From an uncultured Trueperaceae bacterium (GTDB lineage Bacteria > Deinococcota > Deinococci > Deinococcales > Trueperaceae): DNA of 64,000 nucleotides. A program made the translations under genes and the position numbers. Position 1 is the stretch's first letter. Each line of letters begins with the position of its first letter. The stretch is from positions 212,573 through 276,572 of the forward strand of contig CAWCXJ010000001.1 in the NCBI GenBank assembly GCA_963799485.1. The letters are read 5' to 3'. Of the stretch, positions 39,102 through 48,523 are shown piece by piece. The notes beneath the pieces are model-generated. The model worked only from the letters and a program-made list of their open reading frames with translations, had not been told where the DNA came from and did no database searches.

Positions 39102-40120
39102 GGCTCTTAACGGATTCCAAGGAGGTAATGTAAAGCCGTTGCAACACGGGCAGAATCACCGTTAGACTCGACGAATGCTGAACATCCAGGTCTTGGTGGA
39201 TGACGCCAAGTGTTTCGAGGAAGTGCGCAAGCTACGTTGGCCTGGTGGGGTGAAGTGCCCAAGCTGCGGGTCAGAGAGGATCATCAAGCGAGGCTTTCAC
39301 AGCACCCAGCCGCATCGCCAACGCTACGTTTGTCAGGGAAGGTGCTGTGCTCGGTTCGACGATCTTACCGATACCGTCTTTGAAGGCCATCATCAGCCGC
39401 TGAAGGTATGGGTGCTGTGCCTGTATTTCATGGGTCTGAATCTCTCCAATCGGCAGATTGCCAAAGAGCTAGATTTGAACGAGGATGATGTGCAGCAGAT
39501 GACCAGCCAGCTTCGTGAGGGCGTGGTGGCGAAAAAAAGCCTGTCGAGCTATTAGGAACCGTAGAGTGCGATGAGGTGTATATCGTTGCGGGTCACAAGG
39601 GACAAGCTCAGGCGGTCAAGAACAAGGAGCGTCAGGGACGAAGGCGCAGACTCAAAGGAAGCCGCGGAAGAGGCACGCTCGAGAAGGAGAAGCCTCCTGT
39701 GCTAGGGATGCTGCAACGCAACGGTGAGGTAGTGATCAAGATGCTTGCCAACGTAAAGCAGAAGACTATCGCGCCATTCATCAAAAGCTTCATTTCCAGG
39801 GGCAGCCTTATCTACACTGACGAGTACTGCATCTATGACCGCTTGGAGCAGTGGGGATACGAGCACCAAGCCGTCAACCACTCTGCCGGTGAGTATGCCC
39901 GCAAGATGGCGATGGCTTTCATGAGGTGCATGTCAACAGCATTGAGGGCTTCTGGTCGCTACTGCGCTCTTGGCTTCGCCCCCATCGCGGCATCTCGCAA
40001 GAAAAGTTGCCACTCTATTTGGGCTTCTTCGAGTTCGTCCACAACGTTAGGAGCCGGGGTAGGGCACTATTACCGTCCCTCATTGAGGTTCTGGTAGCTC
40101 CTTGAAACGCAGGAAGAGCC
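39102..40120 (+). mobile_element. IS1595-family element with a broken transposase
   Basis: Imperfect 23-bp TIRs GGCTCTT...AAGGAG; zinc ribbon plus HTH; A7G -1 slip site at ~39532 joins to VECDEVY; a further frameshift at ~39903 precedes HVNSIEGFWS; no TSD. Confidence 0.85.
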
Positions 40121-40200
40121 TACGGAATATTGCCGCTGGAGAAGAGGCGGCGGGGAACATCAGCATCTTAGAAGACAAGCGTGTGGTGGCGAAGTTGATG
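40121..40200 (+). pseudogene. Probable 3' fragment of an acetyl-CoA synthetase gene
   Basis: Reads RNIAAGEEAAGNISILEDKRVVAKL, which resembles the Acs C-terminal tail. Confidence 0.35.
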
Positions 40201-40280
40201 CAGCCGGGGGCGGGTAAACAGTTACTTCCTGAAACAAGTATCTACGGCGCACATCTGCGCGCCGTAGTAACATTTTAAGA

Positions 40281-40877
40281 ATGTCTAAGAAAAAGAAGAA
40301 ACCACTAGCGTACGAAATTCAAACGAAATTAGGAATAGAGGCGTTCAGGCTATCGCTTTTGGATGAATCTGATAGAGGACTTGTTCTAGTTGGTGCTGCG
40401 TTTATAGAGGAACAGTTGGAAGCACTGCTACGAGCGCACTTCTTATTCGAAGAAAGCTTGCAAAACTCTACGAGTGAAGAAACTGGGAAATTTGGGAAGA
40501 TAGTCAATAAGCTCTTCGGTTATGGACCATTGGGCTCTTTTTACGCTAAAGCTGATATGGCGTATTCTCTTGGGCTTATCCCAGAGTGGGAACACTGGCG
40601 CATAGACTTATTGAGAGACGTCCGTAACAGCTTTGCTCATAACATCGAAAGCAGTAGTTTTGAAAGTCAAGACGTTGTTAAACTACTTGAGCGGTTTGTT
40701 AGTCCAGAGAATGTAAGACGTGATTCTATAGAAAAAATGGTAATACAGCTAGCAGCTTTAATCTTCACTAGAGTGTCATTCATGAGCAATAGCGGCCTTA
40801 GCCCCGACGCGAAAAGATCTTATCTAGCTGCTCTACGAAGCGAAGACGTTTACAACCTCAAGCAACGTGCTCAGTGA
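40281..40877 (+). CDS. MtlR-like / HEPN-fold protein, low GC
   Basis: ESDRGLVLVGAAFIE, GPLGSF..K..AYSLGLI and RNSFAH (RxxxxH); AT-rich codon use. Confidence 0.75.
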   Translation: MSKKKKKPLAYEIQTKLGIEAFRLSLLDESDRGLVLVGAAFIEEQLEALLRAHFLFEESLQNSTSEETGKFGKIVNKLFGYGPLGSFYAKADMAYSLGLIPEWEHWRIDLLRDVRNSFAHNIESSSFESQDVVKLLERFVSPENVRRDSIEKMVIQLAALIFTRVSFMSNSGLSPDAKRSYLAALRSEDVYNLKQRAQ

Positions 40878-41737
40878 GGTGTAGGCGGCGCACCCTCGAG
40901 CCCCCCCTTCTTTACCCTAAGTTCACTCAGCAGCATCGCCACCCCGACCAGCCCGGCCCCGACCCAGCCCCACACCTCGAGCCGTTCACCGAGCAGCAGG
41001 TAGGCGAACACTGCGGCGAAGACGGGCTCGAGCACAAAAATGAGCGCCGCCATATGTGCGCTCACGACGCGCTGCGCCCGCACCTGCAACACGGACACCA
41101 GCGCTGTCGCCACCGCGCCCAGATAAACAAGCGACCAGACCGATCCGGCGCTTGGGCTGTTTAGCTGTCCAAGCTGCGGAACAGCCCAAATCCATGCGAG
41201 CAGCGCCATCAGCCAGAACTGCACGGCGGAGAGCTCGAGCGCCCCGTATTTCGGTGCCACTTCGCCCAGGTAGAGGATATAAAACGCGTAAAAGACGGCG
41301 GTTCCCAAAATCCATAAATCGCCTGCCGTAACTCCCTGCACGCCTGTCAAACTCATCAGTCCGAGACCGACCAGGGCGACCGCCGCTGCCAGATACGCCC
41401 GTGCTGGAATACTATGACGAAACCACAGGGCACTAAAAAGGGGCGTCAGAATCACGCTTAAGCCGGTGATAAAGGCGGCTTTCGAGGCGGTGGTGCTGAC
41501 CAAACCGATGGTTTGAGTGGCAAAGCCCAGAAACGACAACACGCCCAAAATCAGGCCCGGTACAAGAGCTTTTCGGCTCGGTCTGACCCAGGCAAAAAGC
41601 AGCGCCGCGACCGAAAAGCGCAGGGCCAGCAAGGGCGCAGGAGAGACGGTGGCGACGGTTTCCTTGACGATGACGAAGGTCGTCCCCCAGATGAAGGTAA
41701 TCAGGACGAGGGTAGAGATACCGAGTGGACGGGGCAT
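40871..41737 (-). CDS. EamA/DMT-family transporter
   Basis: IWGTTF, about 10 TM helices, LEPVFA motif. Confidence 0.92.
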   Translation of the reverse strand: MPRPLGISTLVLITFIWGTTFVIVKETVATVSPAPLLALRFSVAALLFAWVRPSRKALVPGLILGVLSFLGFATQTIGLVSTTASKAAFITGLSVILTPLFSALWFRHSIPARAYLAAAVALVGLGLMSLTGVQGVTAGDLWILGTAVFYAFYILYLGEVAPKYGALELSAVQFWLMALLAWIWAVPQLGQLNSPSAGSVWSLVYLGAVATALVSVLQVRAQRVVSAHMAALIFVLEPVFAAVFAYLLLGERLEVWGWVGAGLVGVAMLLSELRVKKGGLEGAPPTPH

Positions 41738-41789
41738 AGAGCTGATTGTATAAGGCTGATTGTGTCACGGCGAGGCTCTACAATAGGTC

Positions 41790-42269
41790 ATGAGCGTTTT
41801 GGACGGGTTACGGATCGGTTTCGGTGAAGACGCGCACGCGCTGATAGCCGACAGACGGCTGGTACTCGGCGGCGTCGAGGTGCCGAGTTTGCGCGGGGCG
41901 GCGGCGCACTCGGACGGGGACGCACTGCTGCACGCGCTCGCCGACGCACTCCTGTCGAGCCTCGCGCTAGGCGACATCGGCGTCTATTACCCACCCTCCG
42001 ACCCGGCTTTTAGGAACATGGACAGCCGCGAAATCGTCTCACGCTGCTTGGGGACGCTGCACTCGAGAGAAGCCGAACTCGTCAACGTCGCGCTCGTCGT
42101 GACGCTCGACACACCCAAGCTCGGCCCCTACCGCGCCGATATTGCGGGCAGCGTGGCAGCGCTGCTCAAGCTGTCCCCCGAACGCGTCGGCCTCGGTTTC
42201 AAAACGAGCGAAGGGCTTGCGCCGGGTCACGTGCAGGCGCGGGCGACGGTGCTCGTCAGGGTGCGCTGA
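41790..42269 (+). CDS. ispF: 2-C-methyl-D-erythritol 2,4-cyclodiphosphate synthase
   Basis: [27 protein letters not shown] and KTSEGL motifs. Confidence 0.93.
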   Translation: MSVLDGLRIGFGEDAHALIADRRLVLGGVEVPSLRGAAAHSDGDALLHALADALLSSLALGDIGVYYPPSDPAFRNMDSREIVSRCLGTLHSREAELVNVALVVTLDTPKLGPYRADIAGSVAALLKLSPERVGLGFKTSEGLAPGHVQARATVLVRVR

Positions 42270-45200
42270 CGCTTGCTTCGGTCAAGTCTTGCAGGGCGTG
42301 AACGGTTAAAGGCTGCTTCTGAAGGGCGCTTAGGGCTTTGACAAACCAGCGGGCGGCGTCGGCGGTGGTGACGTAAGGAACGCCGGACTCGAGCCCCCTT
42401 CTCAGCTCCTGGGTATGGTCGGTGTCAATGAGCAAATCGTACTCGGGTTCCGCAGAGGTTGACTCGGTGATGAGAGTAAAACCGAGGGTCTCGAGCTCAG
42501 CTTTTACGGCGTCTAAACCGTCACCTAAAACGAGCGCGGTACCCGCCTTCGGCAGCTTGACGTTCGCGCCCAGTAGCGCTTTGGCGTACGCCATATACGG
42601 GTCGGGGTCGGTGCCCATACTTTCACCCGTCGAGCGCATCTCCGGCCCCAACACCGGTAAGATATTCTTAAACTTGAGAAACGGCAAGACGACCTCTTTG
42701 GCGCTGTAAAACGTCGGTTTCGGCGTTTCGGTAAAGCCCAGCTCCTCGAGCGTCTTTCCGGCGGCGATGAGCGCAGCGTACTTGGCTAAAGGGTGCCCGA
42801 TGGCTTTGGACAGGTACGGCACGGTGCGGCTGGCTCTCGGGTTCGCCTCAATCACGAGGACTTGTCCGTCTTTAATCACGTACTGAATGTTGATGAGGCC
42901 GCGCACGCCAATCGCCTCAGCAAGTTTGACGCTGTAGTCGAGCAGGGTCTGGACAACTTCCGCGCTCAAGTTTACGGGCGGCGTGATGCACGCCGAATCG
43001 CCCGAATGGACGCCCGCGCCCTCGATATGCTCCATCACACCTGCGACGACGACCCGTTCGCCGTCGGCGAGGGCGTCCACGTCCACCTCTTGCGCCCCGG
43101 CGATAAAGTCGTCAACTAAAATGGACGGATTTCCCGGCAGTTCGGCGTAAATCTCGGCTAAATAGCGCTCGAGCTCCGCCTCGCTGTAAACCACCTGCAT
43201 CGCCCGCCCACCCAGCACAAAAGACGGCCTGACCATCACCGGGTAGCCGATGCCTTCGGCAAGTTTTACGGCGTCTTCGGGTTTTACGGCGACGCCCCCG
43301 GCGGGTTGCGGAATGTCTAGGCGTTCGCAAAGCCGGTGAAACGAGTTGCGGTCTTCAGCTTCAAAAATCGCCTGCGCGGGTGTTCCCCAAATCGGCACGC
43401 CCGCGTCGGTCAAGGGCTGCGCGAGTCTTAACGGCGTTTGCCCGCCGAGTTGGACAATCACGCCCACCGGGTTCTCGCGGTCAACGATGTTGAGGACATC
43501 CTCGAGCGTCAGCGGTTCAAAATAGAGCCGGTCGGCGGTGTCGTAATCCGTCGAGACCGTTTCCGGGTTCGAGTTGACCATGATGGTCTCGAAGCCCGCC
43601 TCTTTAAGTGCCCAGACCGCGTGAACGGTCGCGTAGTCGAACTCGACGCCCTGCCCGATGCGGTTGGGGCCGGAGCCTAAAATCACCACTTTGGGCCGGT
43701 CGGAGGTCTCCACCTCGTCTTCCCACTCATACGTCGAGTAGTGGTACGGCGTGTACGCCTCGAACTCGGCGGCGCAGGTGTCTACGGTTTTGTAGACCGG
43801 GGCGCTGTGATGCGCCAACCGCCACTTTCTCATGTTTTTAACGTCGGCACCCGTCAGCGCCGCCAAATCCGCGTCGGAAAAACCGAAGCGTTTGACCTCG
43901 CGCCACGTCTCCCAGTTCCAGCTTTCCGGGTTGCCGAGCGCCGTAATCTCGTGTTCTACGTCGGTAATCTCCTTGAGTTGCGACAAAAACCACGGGTCGA
44001 TGGCGGTTTTGTCGTGCAGAAACCGGACACTTTTGCCGCGCCGTAAAAGTTCTAACACCGCCGGGAGCCGTTTAGGGGTCGCGGTGAGGCGGGCCTCGAG
44101 CCCCCCCAAACTCAAATCCTTCGTTTCTGTCCTCACGTCGGACTCCAAAGACCGGAGCGCCTTTTGCAGCGACTCCTTGAAGGTGCGCCCAATCGCCATG
44201 ACCTCACCGACCGAGCGCATCTGCGTACCTAACAAGTCCGTCGTGCCGGGAAACTTCTCAAAGGCAAACCGGGGAATCTTCGTCACCACGTAATCAATCG
44301 AGGGCTCAAAGGCCGCTTTGGTCTCCTGCGTGATGTCGTTCGGCAGCTCATCCAGGTGATAGCCGACTGCCAAGAGCGCCGCAATTTTGGCTATCGGATA
44401 GCCTGTCGCTTTCGAGGCCAGCGCCGACGACCTCGAGACCCGTGGGTTCATCTCAATCACAATCGTGTCACCGTTTTTGGGGTTCACGGCAAACTGAATG
44501 TTCGAGCCGCCCGTATCCACCCCGATTTCGCGGATAATCGCAATCGAATAGTCGCGCAGCCGCTGATACTCCTTGTCGGACAAGGTTTGCGCCGGGGCCA
44601 CCGTAACCGAATCGCCGGTATGCACGCCCATCGGGTCTAAGTTTTCTATCGAGCAGATGATGACCACCGTATCGTTATGGTCTCTCATGACCTCGAGCTC
44701 GTACTCTTTCCAACCCAACACCGACTGCTCAATCAGGGCCGAATGCACCGGCGAATTATGGAGCGCCCCCCGCACGATGTCCCGAAACTCGGCCTCGTCG
44801 TAGGCAATCCCGCCGCCCGTCCCGCCGAGCGTAAACGAAGGCCGGATGATGGCCGGATACCCAATCGTTTCGGCAAAAGCCAGCGCTTCACCCAAAGACG
44901 TAATCATCTTCCCGGCAGGTGTTTTGATGCCGATTTTTTCCATCGCTGCCTGAAACAGTTGCCGGTCTTCGCCCTTGTTGATGGCGGCGTAGTTTGCGCC
45001 GATGAGTTCGACGCCGTAACGGTCTAAAATGCCGTCTTCAAACAGGGTTTTGGCTAAATTGAGCGCGGTTTGACCGCCTAGAGTCGGCAACAACGCGTCG
45101 GGTCGTTCGGCGGCAATCACTTTTTCCGCAACTTCGGGGGTGAGGGGTTCTAGGTAAGTCCTGTCCGCTACCTCCGGGTCGGTCATAATCGTTGCGGGGT

Positions 45201-45348
45201 TCGAGTTGATGAGCGTCACCGTAAAACCCGCGGCGCGGAGCGCTTTACACGCCTGCGTGCCGGAATAGTCGAACTCGGCGGCTTGTCCGATGACGATGGG
45301 GCCGCTGCCGAGAATCAGGATTTTTTGGAGGTCGTCGCGTTTGGGCAT
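42256..45348 (-). CDS. carB: Carbamoyl-phosphate synthase large subunit (short MGS domain)
   Basis: MPKRDD.., [17 protein letters not shown], two ATP-grasp halves, GPEMRSTGE. Confidence 0.98.
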   Translation of the reverse strand: MPKRDDLQKILILGSGPIVIGQAAEFDYSGTQACKALRAAGFTVTLINSNPATIMTDPEVADRTYLEPLTPEVAEKVIAAERPDALLPTLGGQTALNLAKTLFEDGILDRYGVELIGANYAAINKGEDRQLFQAAMEKIGIKTPAGKMITSLGEALAFAETIGYPAIIRPSFTLGGTGGGIAYDEAEFRDIVRGALHNSPVHSALIEQSVLGWKEYELEVMRDHNDTVVIICSIENLDPMGVHTGDSVTVAPAQTLSDKEYQRLRDYSIAIIREIGVDTGGSNIQFAVNPKNGDTIVIEMNPRVSRSSALASKATGYPIAKIAALLAVGYHLDELPNDITQETKAAFEPSIDYVVTKIPRFAFEKFPGTTDLLGTQMRSVGEVMAIGRTFKESLQKALRSLESDVRTETKDLSLGGLEARLTATPKRLPAVLELLRRGKSVRFLHDKTAIDPWFLSQLKEITDVEHEITALGNPESWNWETWREVKRFGFSDADLAALTGADVKNMRKWRLAHHSAPVYKTVDTCAAEFEAYTPYHYSTYEWEDEVETSDRPKVVILGSGPNRIGQGVEFDYATVHAVWALKEAGFETIMVNSNPETVSTDYDTADRLYFEPLTLEDVLNIVDRENPVGVIVQLGGQTPLRLAQPLTDAGVPIWGTPAQAIFEAEDRNSFHRLCERLDIPQPAGGVAVKPEDAVKLAEGIGYPVMVRPSFVLGGRAMQVVYSEAELERYLAEIYAELPGNPSILVDDFIAGAQEVDVDALADGERVVVAGVMEHIEGAGVHSGDSACITPPVNLSAEVVQTLLDYSVKLAEAIGVRGLINIQYVIKDGQVLVIEANPRASRTVPYLSKAIGHPLAKYAALIAAGKTLEELGFTETPKPTFYSAKEVVLPFLKFKNILPVLGPEMRSTGESMGTDPDPYMAYAKALLGANVKLPKAGTALVLGDGLDAVKAELETLGFTLITESTSAEPEYDLLIDTDHTQELRRGLESGVPYVTTADAARWFVKALSALQKQPLTVHALQDLTEASVSAP

Positions 45349-45461
45349 ACCAAGAAGCGACCATAACACGCATAAAGATGCAGGGTGGTACCTGCCTCTA
45401 AAAGGGCGACGCTACCGTAAACGGGCGTTTTACGGCGATTTTCGAGTATCATGCTTTTACG

Positions 45462-46013
45462 ATGACGGTAGAAAAACGCAAGCTCACCGTAAAAGATTTT
45501 GTGCTGATGGGGGAGCTGGGCGTCTTTGCGCCTGATGAGCACCTCGAGCTGCTAGACGGGGAGATCTATACTGTGTCGCCACCGAGCCCGGAACATGCAA
45601 GCCTTGTCAAACGTCTGGCGAAGCTGCTCGAGCAAAGCTACGGCGACCGCTGCATCGTCAGCGTCCAAGACCCGCTGATACTCGACGACTTTCGGTTGAC
45701 CGAACCCGATATTGCGCTCTTAAAACCCGACCCGCTCTTTTACTCCGAAGCGCACCCGACTGCTCAAGCTACGCTATTGGTTGTTGAAGTGAGCCGCTCG
45801 AGCCTGAATTACGACAAAACGGACAAGCTTCCGCGCTACGCGCAAGCCGGTGTCCCTGAAGTCTGGATTGTTGACGTCAAGTCAAACATCTTAGAGGTTC
45901 ACCGCGAACCTTTCAAGCTTGGTTACAGACAGCGCACACTTCTCTTTCCGAACGAGACAGTTCAACCGCTGGCCTTCGCGGAAGACACCGGTATCGTTGC
46001 TCTGACCAGCTAA
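45462..46013 (+). CDS. Uma2-family putative endonuclease
   Basis: ELLDGEI, EPDIAL, LVVEVS, K..RYAQAGVPEVWIVD motifs. Confidence 0.92.
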   Translation: MTVEKRKLTVKDFVLMGELGVFAPDEHLELLDGEIYTVSPPSPEHASLVKRLAKLLEQSYGDRCIVSVQDPLILDDFRLTEPDIALLKPDPLFYSEAHPTAQATLLVVEVSRSSLNYDKTDKLPRYAQAGVPEVWIVDVKSNILEVHREPFKLGYRQRTLLFPNETVQPLAFAEDTGIVALTS

Positions 46014-46264
46014 AGGTCTTCTGAGTCGCCCAACTCTTCTTCCCCGTCAAGCTCCAAGACAAACTCTTCCTCCCCGACCCGCACCACGTCGCCCTCGCGC
46101 AGCTTGCGTTTACGGCGCGTTTCGACCTCACCGTTGACCGAAACCTGTCCCGACTGGATTAAAAGCTTGGCCTGTCCGCCGGTTCCGGCTAAACCGGAGA
46201 GTTTGAGCACGTCGTTTAAGGTAATGGCTTCTTGTAAAAATGTGTCTTGCGTGTCTTCGGTCAT
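46010..46264 (-). CDS. S4-like RNA-binding protein (YaaA/YbcJ family)
   Basis: LKLSGLAGTGGQAK..I..G.VSVNGEVETRRKRKL. Confidence 0.9.
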   Translation of the reverse strand: MTEDTQDTFLQEAITLNDVLKLSGLAGTGGQAKLLIQSGQVSVNGEVETRRKRKLREGDVVRVGEEEFVLELDGEEELGDSEDL

Positions 46265-46298
46265 CTTGTCCTTAATCTAACTGTCCTAAGCCGGTTGT

Positions 46299-47213
46299 TT
46301 AGGTCTGGCGAGAAAGTTCTGCAATGGTCGGCGCTGCCGGATACGACCCTAAAAACTTGACGAACGCGGCGCGGCGCATCAGGCCGGTCATCGCCTCGCG
46401 TACATTATCGTCTTCGATGTGGCCTTCGATATCTATGTAAAACAGGTAGCTCCACGGTTTGTCGCGGCGCGGGCGCGACTCGAGCTTCGTCATGTTGATG
46501 CCGTTTTGCGGGAACAGCTCCAGGCAGCGCACCAGATCGCCGGGGCGGTGGCGGGTGGCGATGACCAGACTCGACTTGTGCGGCCCGCCGTGCGTGTTGG
46601 CTTCACGGTGCACCTCGTCCGGCCCCAGGACAAAAAAGCGCGTGTAGTTGAAGTCCGTGTCTTCGATGTTTTCCGCCAAAACAGTAAGCCCGTAAATCTC
46701 GGCGCTCCGCTTGGAGGCAATCGCCGCGTGACCCTCAGCCGTCCCCGCCGCCACCCGTTCGCTCAGGAGTTTTGCGGCCCCGGCAGTGTCGAAGTCGGTC
46801 ACGGCTTCAAAGCCGTGCTTGGCCAGGTAGCCGCGGCACTGCTCCAAAGCCTGCGTGTGCGAGTAGACGCGCTTTACGTCCCTCAAAGCTGTTCCGGGTG
46901 GCGCTAACAAGGTGTGTTCGACGCGCACCACCTGTTCACCGATGACGTGTAAAACCGAATCGGTCAACAGGTCGTAGGTTTGATTGATGGAACCTGCCAA
47001 GGAGTTTTCGACCGGCAAACACGCATAATCACATTCGCCCAGTACCGCCGCCTGAAAGCCGTCGAAAAAGGTGGGAAAGCCGACGGTGGCGGCGCCCGGC
47101 AAAAATTGCAGCGCGGCCTGCTGGCTAAACGCGCCGGCGACACCCTGAAAGGCGACTCGAGCGGGGTTTGCGGCGGGTTTGTCTTGAGGAGGTGGGGCAG
47201 TGCGCGACGCCAT
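46299..47213 (-). CDS. pheA: Prephenate dehydratase
   Basis: PVENSLAGSI, TRF motif, ACT domain with ESRP. Confidence 0.93.
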   Translation of the reverse strand: MASRTAPPPQDKPAANPARVAFQGVAGAFSQQAALQFLPGAATVGFPTFFDGFQAAVLGECDYACLPVENSLAGSINQTYDLLTDSVLHVIGEQVVRVEHTLLAPPGTALRDVKRVYSHTQALEQCRGYLAKHGFEAVTDFDTAGAAKLLSERVAAGTAEGHAAIASKRSAEIYGLTVLAENIEDTDFNYTRFFVLGPDEVHREANTHGGPHKSSLVIATRHRPGDLVRCLELFPQNGINMTKLESRPRRDKPWSYLFYIDIEGHIEDDNVREAMTGLMRRAAFVKFLGSYPAAPTIAELSRQT

Positions 47214-47420
47214 AACGGCAAACTCTACCACCCACAAGCGCCTCGGTTCGTCGGGTACAGTTCGGTTAGACCCTCGGGGCGGTGACGTGAAGCGAATAGC
47301 GAAGGCGGCGGGGCGAATACAAAAGACCCCAGGTTGTTTTTGACATTTTCCTGCCTGTCGGCTAGCTGGTCTTGGCTACGCCCCCCGCTGCATGCTCCCG
47401 GCTGGATTGCACTGTTTCTG

Positions 47421-48314
47421 CTAGTCCGCGCTCGAGGCCGGTACGCCCTCCGCGTCTTCAGGGCGCTTGAGGGTAATGAGCGTAAGTTCCGGCGGACAGT
47501 TCAGACGGACCGGCGCGACGCTGCACCCGATACCGCGCGTGATGTAGAGCCGGTTTCCGGCCTTGCCGTAACGCTGCGCCCAGTCCGCGTTGTAGTTTTG
47601 CTTGTCGCGGAGCCAGGTCAAGAGCGTACGTCCGGAGGCGAACGGCAGCCGCACCTGCCCGCCGTGCGTGTGTCCGGCAAACGCCAGCGGCGCTTTTTGC
47701 GGCGCAATGTCGGCGTAGCTGTCGGGGTGATGCATCATCACCAGGCGCGGCGCAGCGTCCGGCACCTCGGCAAACGCCTTTTTTACGTCGTCGTCGTCCG
47801 GGACGTGTGAGCCGATACCGACCAGATAGAGCGTCTCCCCGGTTTTTTCCAGCTTGATGCTCTGGTTGTGCAGCACCCGGATGCCCAGGCTTTCGAGGGC
47901 GCGCTCGAGCCCCTCTGCCAGCTCCCGGTTCTCTGGATAGTTCGCTGTCGGCATCGCGTAGTCGTGATTGCCCAAGACCGCAAACGTCGGAATCCCGGCC
48001 TTGATAAGCGGCTCTAAAAGCTCCGTGACCGGCCCAATCCCGCGTTTGGTGTCGTGGATAAAGTCTCCGGCGAGCAAAACCACCGCGGGCCGCAGCGCCA
48101 GCGTCCGGGCCACCGCCCGCCGCACCGTCGAACGGTTGTCCATAAAAAGCCCCACCTGAAAGTCTGCCAACAGTACGACGCGCGCCCCCTGCCAGCTTTT
48201 GGGCAAGCCCGGCACCGGCCCGTCGATGGTGTCGGTCACCAGCCGGTACGGTTCAAAAATCCCTTGAACAAGCAGCACAACGAAAACCAATGCGAGAAAA
48301 AGTTCGATACTCAT
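47421..48314 (-). CDS. Metallophosphoesterase (YkuE-like)
   Basis: ADFQ, GDF, LGNHD and GHTHGGQ motifs; N-terminal TM. Confidence 0.88.
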   Translation of the reverse strand: MSIELFLALVFVVLLVQGIFEPYRLVTDTIDGPVPGLPKSWQGARVVLLADFQVGLFMDNRSTVRRAVARTLALRPAVVLLAGDFIHDTKRGIGPVTELLEPLIKAGIPTFAVLGNHDYAMPTANYPENRELAEGLERALESLGIRVLHNQSIKLEKTGETLYLVGIGSHVPDDDDVKKAFAEVPDAAPRLVMMHHPDSYADIAPQKAPLAFAGHTHGGQVRLPFASGRTLLTWLRDKQNYNADWAQRYGKAGNRLYITRGIGCSVAPVRLNCPPELTLITLKRPEDAEGVPASSAD

Positions 48315-48523
48315 GCAACCTCACTCTACGCCGCCCGTGCCAACCCGCTGTCAACCTCACGTCACGGCAGACGGGCCGCGCCGAGCGCCGTAAACTACTT
48401 CACAAAAAATTAAGCCCTTGTTAAGCCTCTTTGTGTTATATGATGGTGCAGCACCGCAAGGGTCTGAACGGCAACCTTTTACGCAAGCCGTAACCGGTTG
48501 ACCCCAACCAATCTGGAGGAAAG

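Noticed and set aside
47214..47400. Phe-rich attenuator leader peptide or T-box for pheA
   Set aside because: The short upstream ORF has no Phe run, and no T-box motif or terminator was recognised.
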